This document shows, piece by piece, positions 49,373-60,100 of a stretch of DNA of 64,000 nt. Under the pieces are notes generated by a model that was given only the letters and a program-made list of their open reading frames with translations, was not told the origin of the DNA and did no database searches. How positions within the stretch are numbered: position 1 is the stretch's first letter; each line of letters begins with the position of its first letter. Made by a program: the position numbers and the translations under genes. Source of the stretch: Camelus ferus. Taxonomy: Eukaryota. Where the stretch lies: the NCBI RefSeq assembly GCF_009834535.1, contig NC_045717.1, forward strand, positions 15,500,001 to 15,564,000, given 5' to 3'.

Positions 49373-49929
49373 TCCCAGAAGAGACTTGGAGGTGCTTTGG
49401 CCCCTCTGACCCAGGTCAGTGCCAAGCGGGGCTGTAAGCCTTTCTGTGCTCCGTGCTCTAAACTAACCCACCCTCTTGACATCCAAGAAGGGACCTGCTC
49501 GACTAACCACTTGGGCTTTCTCCCTAAGCTTGTAAGATGGTTTTATTAGTGGGAGGCTGGAGGGGAAGGGGACCTTGTGCCCTCTGCTGCTCAGTCCTTT
49601 GGTCAGCCCATCTCCCTTGTGCTCTCTCTGCCATCTTCCTGCCCCTTATCCAGGCCATAGGCCCTGTCCCATTCCAAAGGACCCCTGTCCCCAGGACAGG
49701 GAGGTGAGCCCACATTTCCCCAGCCTGGCCACATGCTAGCTGCTTGCTTTACCCACACGCATTGTCTCAGGCAGAGCCCAGCACAGCAGGTATCCACCCC
49801 TCTCTGGAATCCTCGCTCCACTACTGACCTGCCGTGTGACCCTGAGCGAGTCCCTCCCCACTCTGGTCTCTGCTTTTCCTTTCTGTCAAAGTGGTTCATT
49901 AGGTGGCAGAGAGGGTGCTGCCGCATACA

Positions 49930-50370
49930 GTGATGTGTGTTAGAGCAGTCAGCTACTGTTGCATGACAAACTATCCCAAAACTTTGTGGCTTATGATGCC
50001 AGTCACTTGCCTGCTAACAGTTCTGCCATTTGGGCTGGACTCAGCCAGGCAGTTTTGTTGGGCTCAACTGGGGGCCACTTGTGGCTCTTGTCAGAGCTTG
50101 ATGGGGCCAGATAGGCAGAGGTAGCCTCACATCTGGCCCTTGACTGGTGCGGTCTGCTGCAGAGGTCAGGGAACAGGTCTAATTCTCCACATGGCCTCTC
50201 CAGCAGGCCAGCCCAGGCTTCTCCTGGGGGTTGGGCACCCAGTTGTACACATGTTCATCCAGCCTCCCCTTGCTTCACGGTTACAGATGTCCCATTGGTC
50301 ACGGCCAGTCACGTGGCCAGAACCAGGACCAGATGGGCGAGGACTGCAGGAGGGCTTCAGGACTGGGAGG
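49930..50370. mobile_element. MLT1-type MaLR LTR
   Basis: cagctactgttgcatgacaaactatcccaaaactttgtggctta...gtcccattggtcacggccagtcacgtggcc. Confidence 0.65.
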
Positions 50371-52019
50371 TGTAGTTGACCATATGAGGAGAGCATGGCG
50401 CCAAGAACAGCCTGGTGTCTTGTTATTCTGTGCTCATGCGGGCAAACATGGGCAGATTGGAGGTGCCCAGGGGACTTACGGAGCCCCTGACTTGTGTAGC
50501 TTTCGGAGCCCCCTGCCCATTTGCTGTGATGGTTCTCCGTGCTGTGGAGGCCCTCTCAGAGGGTCAGGGGAAGCATGGGTGAGCAGAGGGCCCCACAGCA
50601 CCTAGAACAGCAGTTCCAAGAGCCAAGAGGCAGCAGAATTCATGGGTGTGCAGTCAGAGAGTCTTACTGGGCCCCTGCTGTATGCAGGGCCTAGCTCTGG
50701 GAAGAGGGGTGGCGAGGAATCCCACAGGCTGTGGGATCGCCTGGGGAACATCTGGGAGGGCCTGGAGCAAGAGGGGCTGCCAAGGGGGTCAGAAAACCCA
50801 CCCCATTGCCCACCAGCCCTGGGCCCAGACCCCACCATCTCCCTATTCTATACGTTGTGCCCTGGTCCCTCTCACCCTCGAGCCTCAAGGATGCTGCCCT
50901 GCTGCCCTCCCACACCTTTCACACCCAATGTGTTCCTCCTGCTCCTGCCTGGAGCCTCCAGGCCAGCTAGAAACATGCTGGATCATCTGCTGTCCCTCCA
51001 CTGCTGTGCCCCATCAGAACAAAATGCTCTGGGGCTCCTATCCCACCTTTGTCCCTACAGACCCTGCTCTGTTGCTCTGCAGAACTGCGGCCCCACTCTC
51101 CTCTCTCAGAGCCTCCACCCCCACTTTCCCCCAACCTGTTGCCCCTGGGGTTGTAGGTGACCTTCACAGGGTCAAGTCTTGGCCTTCCCTGGTTTCCCCT
51201 ACCTCTCCAGGCCCAGGGCTGCACACACAGCCCCATTTTACAGAAGAGGAAACTGAGGCTCAGAAAGGCAAAGCAGGGTCACTGCCCATGACCAGAAATG
51301 CCAGGATTCACACCCAGACCCTCTAACCCCCAGTGCTTCACCTCTTCCTCTGACCCCACCCAGGACCCTGCCTCAGCTACCACCTCATCAGGGCTACCCT
51401 GCCACCCTGGGGAGTCTCTCAGACCTTGCCTTGACCCATCTCCTGCCCCCCAGCTCCTCCAGAGCTGGGCCTTCGGACACAGCCTTGTGGGACTTGGAGG
51501 GGACTGAAGACCAAGCAAGTGTGGCCAGCGTGTTCCTTCTGCTCCTGCCTGGGGCCTCCAGGCCAGCTGTGAATGTCCTGAGACAAGGCTTTGCTGCCCC
51601 TGGATTCTTACCTGCCTGCCCATTGATGGACACTGCCATGGCCCCTTGGACCAATAACTGCCACCATGACAATCCTGATCACACACCTGCCATGTGCCCA
51701 GGGCTGTGCTGGGGACTTCACCAAGGCCATCTTTCATCCTCAGACAGCCCTGTAAGGCAAATGTCACCCCAAATACAGATGGGAAAAGAGAGGCTCTGAG
51801 AGATGGCATGATTTGTGTGAGGTCACACAACTAGAGAGAGCAGACCCCAGCCTAGTTTGGCCCCAGCTCTGCCTCTGACATGCTGTGTGATATGGGGCCT
51901 TGTGCTGACCCTCTCTGGTCCTACCTTTTTCCACCTGGACAAGGAACCCTGGACTGGACCTTCTTTACAGGCTGAGGCAGACATTTGTGTACCTGCCTGC
52001 CTGGACTGCATTCTACCTC

Positions 52020-52410
52020 AAGCAGAAATGCCCACCACAAGCTCAGGTCATATGGAGAAGCCACCCTAGCTCCAGGGGTGGCCTGGCTAATCAGAATCCC
52101 CCATCTCCCAGGTCCAATCCCAGTGATTGGTTTGAGATGGGCATGTGATCCAATGAGAGGTTTCCCCTGGGAATTTTGCTGGAAAAGTGCAAAAAGTACC
52201 ATCTTCCTTCTGTGGTTGTTGAGCTGGGCAGATAGAAGGGGCAGCCTGAGAACACTGCATGGCCCCCTGGATCCAGCTGTACCTGATACTAGCAAATTCC
52301 AATTCTTCAGTTTCACGAGTCTCTAAAATTTCTTTGCCAGAATTGTTTTGAGTCTGTTTCTGCTGAGTTCAGAAAAGCCTGCACTGATCCCTGGGAATTC
52401 CAAGCCTGGG
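52020..52410. mobile_element. MLT1-type MaLR LTR
   Basis: cagtgattggtttgagatgggcatgtgatccaatgagag...cctgggaattttgctgg. Confidence 0.6.
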
Positions 52411-55400
52411 AGATCATGGCCCATGGTTTGTACACGTCCAGAGCCAGCTGTGTGCCAATACAGTGCCCTGCAAAATGTATCGGGAAGGTCAGAATGGAGT
52501 CGTTGAGGGTATAGCCAGGATGGGTCCCAGGCCCACTGCTCTGGGAGGATCTCCCCCAGCTTGGCACTGTGAAGTGATCTGGAGAGAAGGGTGGCAAAGA
52601 CACCAAGAGGTGTATCTAGGGGGTGTCAGGGCTGTGGAGGGACTGAGGGCCTGGCAGGGGGTTCAGGGACACAGGAGGTATTGAGAAATAACCACCTCCA
52701 ACCACCAGGCAACAGGACCAGCCCTTTCTTCTAAGGTGTACTAGGAGCCTGCCACCATCCTGCCTTCCCACTGCCCCAGCTCAATTTAGGAGGAGGGAGG
52801 AGCCTCAGGTTCACCCTATTTTAGGCCCTGACTGGTGTGTGACCCCCATAGAGTCACTCCCTCTCTTTACCCTCTCCGAAGGCATCTCTCATTGTCCATC
52901 TGTCCTTCTACCATGCAGCCATTTATCCAGCAAACACTGGCCACCCTCTCTGAGCTGGGTCCTGCCTCTCCAGCGGATGTCCTGATGAGCCAGACAGGCC
53001 AACCATGGCCCCAGGGCACAGACCCAAGGGACATAGGGGCAGCTCAGTGAGGTAACTACCCAGGGGCGGCCCTGGACAGGTCAGGTGCTGTGAGCCTAGT
53101 GGGGGGCAGTCATGAGGTGTCCTAGACTTTCCTAGGGCTCCCTGTCACGCACAGCCCTGAACGCAACTTCAGCCCATGCCTAATATGTCCTCTCAAAGAG
53201 GTCTGTGGAGGACTCTAGGTTGTCAAATTCTCCACCACCCCAAGTCCTAGGGCTTACAGAGGTAATGGTTAATTTGCGTTTCATTTATGCCGCCTTGCCC
53301 TTCGTGCCTGGTGAGTGTCCTGCCCCTGCTGGCCGCCAGGGGACGCAAGAGGCAAAGCCTTGGCCCAGCACTCTGCCTCCAAGCGGTCGTTGTCCTCAGT
53401 CTTGGCTGATACTGGAGGGTGGATCGTAACCCTCTGCCCTTTTTCACCTCATACGTCCTTGCTTCAGAAAGTGAACCAAGGCTCCGCGAGGCCAGGTTAC
53501 CCAGCAAGACCTCGCACCAGCTCCCATGCGCTGGCAGCCTTACCTCCCCAGAGTGGAGGGAGTGGGCATTCCCAGATCCTGCTCACTAAAACTCCCAGAA
53601 ATAGGTAGATGGCCAGGAGAGAGGCAGGTAGCTCCCCGTGGCACAGAGCACTCAAGCAGGGAGTCTAGCACCCATGAGGGTGGGGGCCGCCTGGAAAGGA
53701 TCCCTGGGTAACGTGTTGGATGCCCCACCTGGGCTCCTTCACATCTGTGGATGGAGTAAAAGGAGGCCCAAGAGGGCTGCGACTTGCCCCTGGTTGGTCA
53801 CGGTGGTCAGAATGGGAATCAGACTTGAGTTTTGGCCGTTTTTTTTTTTTTTAATTGAAGAGTTTTGGCTTTTTGTTCTTAGCCCCTTAGATCCAAATCC
53901 TGGTTTTTATTTCAGGCCTGCTCTGCACTCTCAGAGGATCCTGCCCTCTGAGCAAACAGGCTCAGAGGGGTGAAGTGACTGGCCAGAGGTTGCACAGCAA
54001 GTGGGAGTCGGAGCTGGGATGGGGACCCAGGGTTCTGGAGCCCTGAAGCCCTACCTGGTGGACCACACTATCCTTACCTTGGAGGGTCATTCAAAGCCTT
54101 CCCCTGCTGACATTCTTGGAGAGGATTGGAGGAGGGAGACTTGGGAGGGAGCAGCTTTTGTATCTCCTCACCTCCTCACCCCTGCCTCCACCTGCCCCTA
54201 CCTTCCTTATCTTCCAGGCCCCCTTCCCAGATCTCCCTCTATGGCCTTTTCCATTCCCTTCTCCCCTTAAATCTCCCTTTCAACACTCCAACCTCTTATT
54301 CCAGCAACTAAGGGTATCCCCTCATCTGAGAAGACTGAGGTTGAACCTCTTGATTGCCCCAGTGGGGGATGGAGGTCCACATGGGGTAACATAGCCAGTG
54401 ATGGAGAATACAGTACAGGAAGAGGGGCAAAGGCAAAAAGGAGGGGATGTTATAGGAATCATAGTGTGAATGATAGAAATGGAATTGATAGAATGATAGA
54501 AATGGGAAGGGAGTTTGGGAACATGAGTGGTGGAAGGAGGCAACATGGCAGGGGCAAGAACACGGGAAGGAGCCCCAGTGATGGGAGGCAAGAGGTGTGG
54601 CCCATAGTGGGCAGCCCCAGCCGGCTCAGCTCAGGCCGCTCCCAGGGCTGCTCCCAGAGCTGCTCCAGCTGCCGCCCTCACGTAACCAGAGCCTGCCTAT
54701 TGCATCAGAGGCAGGCGGGCGGCCTTGGGTAAACAGAGCGGCCCTCGAGGGGCCTGGGGCCTCCCCAGCCACCTCAATATCCCCAAGCCTTGTTCTGTGG
54801 CTTGGAGCCCAGGCAGAAGCCCCCAACCTGGCCTGGGCCCTGGTGTGGCCTTGGGACACTTGAGTGTCTGGTGTTGGGCACTGAGGGACAGCAAGGGTGG
54901 GGTGGGGGAGGCAAGACAGACCCCTAATCCCACCTTTTTATGACACAGTGCAAACTCTAGTTTTTATATCCAAAGAGAAATCCATGCCCAGGCTAGAGGT
55001 CCACAGTGCCCATGTCACAGTGGGGGAACTGAGGTGTGGGGAGAGGCAAAATCTTCTTAAGGTCTCGGTTTCCTTCCCCAGTGTCCCCTACACACTGATA
55101 TCTCCACATGCTCCCCACCAAGTCCAGAGGCCCAGCCATCTCCTGTTGTCTTCTGAGAAGGTGGACATCAGGCAGCCACTGCAACCCACCTGCTCTCCCC
55201 TTTTCATCTGCCCCAAATGGACTTCCCCATCCCACCTCATGGCTTCATCTCCAAGCCTCTCCGTGGATGCCCAGCTCAGTCTGCTTCCACTCACTACTCT
55301 GGCTTCATCTCCCTCATCCTCCTCCACCAAAGACTATTCTGCAGTCTTTCTCTGCATCTTTGCAAGTCCTGTTCCCTCTTAGAAAACCCTTCAACCAGTA

Positions 55401-55559
55401 GCAAACTCCTACTCATGCTTCAAGGCCCAGTACAAATGCCCCCTGTTTGGGGGCAGCCCTCCCTGACCCCTCTGGCCCAGCTGCAGGAGGCACAGCTGGA
55501 ATAGTCCACACAGCGACCCCAGAGCCCCTTTCTGCAGTCCTTCTATTTGAAAGAGCAAG

Positions 55560-55984
55560 GGTTAGGGATGGCTTCGAGAAGCCCTCGGTCCCTGGGGCCT
55601 CAGGGTCCGGGGTCGGAGATATAGTTCATTCAGGTTGGAGTAAGTCAGGTTGGAGTAAGTCCAGGAGCTAGCAGTGGTTAGAGTCAGGGTCCGAATTAGG
55701 GTCAGGGTCAGCAGTAAGGTCAGGAGTGACCAGTGACAGGGTAGGAAGCCTGGCACGTCTGATCCAGCCCTCTCCCGGGTCCTCTTCCCTCACTGTACTC
55801 TCCTCCCCTAACCTCTGCGTCTTCCCGCCGTCTATGTACCGGGCCCCAGAACTCGCGATGCCGGGCCACGCCCAAGTTCCCGCCCATCACCGCCTGTAGA
55901 CACGCCCTCCATGCAAACCACCGCCCCGGCCAATCAGCTCCTGGGGGCGGGGCCTCCCACTCTGAAGGCACCTGTGGCCGCCGG
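55560..55984 (+). promoter_or_regulatory. MEF2B: MEF2B CpG-island promoter (CCAAT 55930-55934, GC box ~55944-55953, KLF/SP and E2F-like motifs ~55865-55885)
   Basis: Motifs read directly; position downstream of BORCS8 fits conserved synteny. Confidence 0.7.
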
Positions 55985-56052
55985 GGTGCTCGGAGCTCTG
56001 TGCCGCTGCCGCCGGGTCGGTGCGCGAGCGTCCGAGGGTCCAGGTGGAGCAG
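55985..56052 (+). other. MEF2B: MEF2B non-coding exon 1 (TSS approximate); MADS-box coding exons are outside the window
   Basis: GC-rich, ends GGAGCAG|GTGCGT; resembles the remembered human MEF2B 5'UTR; no MGRKKIQ-coding exon seen up to 64000. Confidence 0.65.
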
Positions 56053-56197
56053 GTGCGTGTCGCGTCGGGCCGAGGCCTGTGCCGTGTCCTTTGAATAGCT
56101 TCTGTGGGCTGGGTTGAGTTTGAAGGTCCGAATGTCTTGCTATGCATCGGAGAGTTGTCTAAGTAGTGTGCGTCCTAGAATTGGGAATTTGAGAGGC

Positions 56198-56395
56198 TGT
56201 GTGTCCCAGGGGTTGTGTGTCCAAAGGGTGTGTGTCCAAAGGGTGTGTGTCCAAGGGTTGTGTTTCTGAGAGGTTGTGTGTACCAAAGGATGAGTGTCCA
56301 AGGAGTTTCATGTCCAGGAGTTATGTCTGAAGGAGAATGTATCATGTCTGAGGGCTTGTGTGTCCAAGGGGAATGTGTCTGAGGGTTTTCATGTC
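56198..56395. repeat. Degenerate ~15-bp minisatellite (TGTGTGTCCAAAGGG) in MEF2B intron 1
   Basis: Two exact consecutive copies and about ten decaying copies. Confidence 0.8.
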
Positions 56396-59300
56396 AGTTC
56401 GGGAGTTGTGTGTATAAAGTTGTGTTGCCATGAGCCCCTGGTATGCGTCTGTGAGCTGCATGTCAGTAAGCTCCAGTGTCCCCATTTCCTGGGGCACACT
56501 CCTTTGCACATCCTAGAGGCCCCTGTGCACAACCGCATGCCTTCCTGCTGTGGGTATGCCCTCGTGTGTCAAGGCCCCAGGCCTGCATGTGGCATGACAT
56601 CCACATGTGCCTGTGACCACCATGACCTTCACCCACCCATGGGGCCTGCACTTCATACAGCAAATGTGGGGCCTCAGCTGGGCACTCAGGGTACCTGTGT
56701 AGCTGGGGGCAGGGCAGTGGGCACGGAGCCCTGAGTGGGAGACCACAGCTGCCTGGGCCACCCCCTCCCCATGACTCAGTGTCCCCATCTGGGACATGGG
56801 TATGGGAACAATAGTCATAGCCCTCTGAGTGTCAGCACATGACAAGCTGGTGGCTGCGTAACTTTCATGGTCATGGTCTCCACCCTCTGCCTCTCAGAGT
56901 CCAGGGCAGCAGATGTCACCAACTGGGGTCCCTGGCTATTCCCTGTCCCCAAGCTTCATACCCAGGAAGTCAGGAATAGCTGAGGCCTCATGCCTGGCTT
57001 TGCTGAGAATCCTCACTGGGGATGGTCAGGACCTCTGGATTTGGCATCCAGGGATGAGAACTCTCAGGCTCTTGGGGTGAAGAAAATGGGGTTCAAAAAG
57101 GTATTTAGACTTGAAAGGACAAATGTGTGGGGTTTGATTCCAAAGGTCAAAGGGGCTTTGGGAGAAGTCAGCCTCGCTCCCTCCTGTCCCCATACCTGCC
57201 TTCCACCACCAGTCTGAGTCAAGGAGTGAATCTTGGCCTCCAGGGAATGGAATTTGGGGACATTTAGGGTCCTGGGGTCTCACCTGCAAGAGCTGGAAAC
57301 TGGTTATCTGGTCTGAAGCTGCCACTTGGCAGGAGGGAAAACTGAGGCCAGGTGGAGACACGGCTGCCCCTCAGTTCCTAAGAGAACAAAAGCTAGGAAT
57401 GAGGAGCCCCAACTTCCTCTCTCCCCTCAGACAGATCGCTGCCCCTTTCTGAGCTCTCTGGCTGCTCCTGTGACCTGAAAGCAAGTAGAGCCCAATCTTA
57501 CTTCCCATCTCCAACTAATGATTTATTTCATTAAATCATTACCCAACCAGGAAGACATCTGGAGAATGCAAATTAGAGGAGAAAGGGAATGAAAATAATT
57601 TGTCACCTCAACTTAGATGCAATGAGTGTAGACATGTTGGGGGTCTGACCTTCCGGAAGATTCGAGGCACATATGCACATGGAGACAGATGTCATTTGTC
57701 GGAGAGGATTTATCATATGCCTGGGATCCCATTTGGGGTCAGAGAGGTCACCCCAGCCCTGGCCCATGAATCCGCATGGGGTGTACACAGAGGTTGGGTC
57801 CCATTTCTCAGCCCCCACAAGGGCTTCCCTAGGCCTGCATCTTAGGGGCTTGTGAGGCTGCCTGTTGCCCCCAGGTGACCCAAGAATGAGTGTCTTGGAC
57901 CCCATTGATGCCCAGGCCTACTTTCTAGACTGGGCAGCGGGGAGGGTGAGTTAGGGGTGCAGCCGGACAACCCTGGGGTACACGCCCACGCTTGAGTGAG
58001 GATCTGGGGTCCTGCCGAGTGGCTCTGGGGAGAAGCCCGCTTCCTCCTGTGTAGTAGAACCGGGTCAGCTGTCTCCGCTTCACTGGGCTATCTGAGTCAG
58101 GCTGGTCCTGTGTGTAAATGAGGTGGAGCGTGGGCCCGGGCAGACAGTAGGCACTCAACAACAAGATGTGCCATCTGAACTATGATCGAGTGGACGTGCC
58201 TCTGAGCCCCATCCAGGCCCACCCTCACCGCCCGCTCCCCATGGGGCCAAGCAGTCTCAGGCCTTTCAGCTTCTCTGTCCTGATCTCCTCCAGGTTCACG
58301 TTCACTGGAGGTTGAAGTAGAGTCCTTGGAAGGGAACAATCCAAGCAGGTTGTCATAACGAGTCACTGCTGTGGGCACAGGTCTGCCTCTATTCAGTTTC
58401 CACAACCAAAGACTCTGCCATCTCCCGCTGGATGCCGTCCTGGCCTCCTGCTCCCATAGGACTTCTCCCCACAGCAGCCACAGGGTCTTCTGAAAACCCT
58501 GAATCATGCCACAGCCCTCCCTCCCCTGCTCATACACCCTCCATGGCTCCCCACTGCTCTATAGCCCACTCTCTTACCTGATCTCTTAGGCCCCTTGTGG
58601 CCTCCCTGCCCTCTTCTGTCTCCAGATGCCCCCTGCTCACCCATCCATACCCAGCCATACCAGCCACCCCCATACCTGGAACCCACTGAGCATGTTTCCA
58701 CCTCAGAGACTTTGCATCTGCCATACCTTCCACCAGGCAATCTCTCACCCACATCCCTTTGTGGCTGGTCTCCTTTCATCCTTGAGGTTCCCTTTTCAGA
58801 AAGCCCCTTCTGGCCTCTTTGTCCAAAGCAGCTCCCTCCCTGCCACCCCTCCCCACTGCCTCCCCCTATTGAATTTCTTCATCAGAGGCCTCTGTCCCTG
58901 ACACAGTTATGTGTCTGTCTCCCCAACCAGACTGGGCAATGGGGAAGTCCAGGCTGGATCTCTCCACTCCCTGTCCTTGTATCCCTGGCACCTTGCTAAG
59001 CTCCCAGACATTTCTGGGAGAAGAAAGTGGGGACCAGGGATGCCCCAAAGGCCCCATCTTAGGTTCCCCACTGGCCATGTCTTGGGTCTGCTGGGCTATG
59101 GGCCGAGTCCCTTCTGCCCAGTGCTGACAGATGTGCTAATTTCCCAAGCAGGGAGGCCTGGACCTCTGGGGATGAATTTCTGGGGCCCTACAGGGAGATC
59201 TTTCTCTGGAACAAAGAGAGATAAACTTTGGGCTGTTCCTGCAGCTGCCACTGCAGCTTAGGGGACATCACTGAGGGTCTTGGGTGGCCCAGGGCTCTGA

Positions 59301-59649
59301 TCTGTGTGAGATGGCAGATTGGGGAGTCTCCCCCAGCCCCAGGGGTAGGGGTCCCAGGCCGTATGGGAGGTGGGATGGGGCGGTGAGCCTCTGTTGGCAG
59401 TGGACAGGGAGGGCAGCCGGGTACTGCATGTCCTTATGACAGTTTCCTTCTGAGATGGGCGCTGGAACCTTCACAGGGTCAGCCCCTTGGCCTGAGAGAA
59501 GTGTGAGCACCATCCAGTTGGCTGGTGTGCTTTTGACTGTTGAGAGCAGGGGTCTCAAACTGGTGACCAGACAGGGCCTCATATTTGTTTTGTGAGCCAT
59601 GAAGTGTTAAAAGGAAAACTAAACCAGTTGCCAATGTTTCTTCCGTTTG

Positions 59650-60100
59650 TTAAGCAGTTGTTTGCTCATTCATTCAAGGAAAGGTGGTTGCCAGCCTACT
59701 GTGTGCCGGGTGTAGGGAAGCCTCCATCCCTGGCCTCATAGAGCCGACATCCTAGTAGGGCGACATGATCATCAAAGAAAGTAGCATAGAAGCACAGAAA
59801 ATATCTGGTAGAACTAAGTGCCACAGGGAGAGAGAAGTCTGATCTGGGGAAATACGCACCTCTGGGGAGAGAGATTTTTGCCCAGCCTCGAAGGATGTGT
59901 AGCAGCTTCTCAGACCTGGGTGAGTCTGAGAAGGGTGTTTCAGGGACAGGGCGCAGCACAGGCAAAGGCCTGGCGATGGGAAAGCGGCAGGTCTGTCTGG
60001 GGGGTGTTTCAGGTGTCTGGAAAGGGGCAGAAGGTGAGCTGGAAATTTGCCAGTAGATGAAGCCTCCCTAAAGAGGAGGGGCGGGTGAATGGATGCCTGA
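59650..60100 (-). mobile_element. L2 fragment
   Basis: ctcattcattcaagg...gcctactgtgtgccggg...cagggcgcagcacaggcaaaggcc. Confidence 0.6.

Noticed and set aside
50642-51326. ORFs of 172 and 226 aa between BORCS8 and MEF2B
   Set aside because: Low-complexity Pro/Cys/Leu translation, no homology I recognise, ends in a MIR
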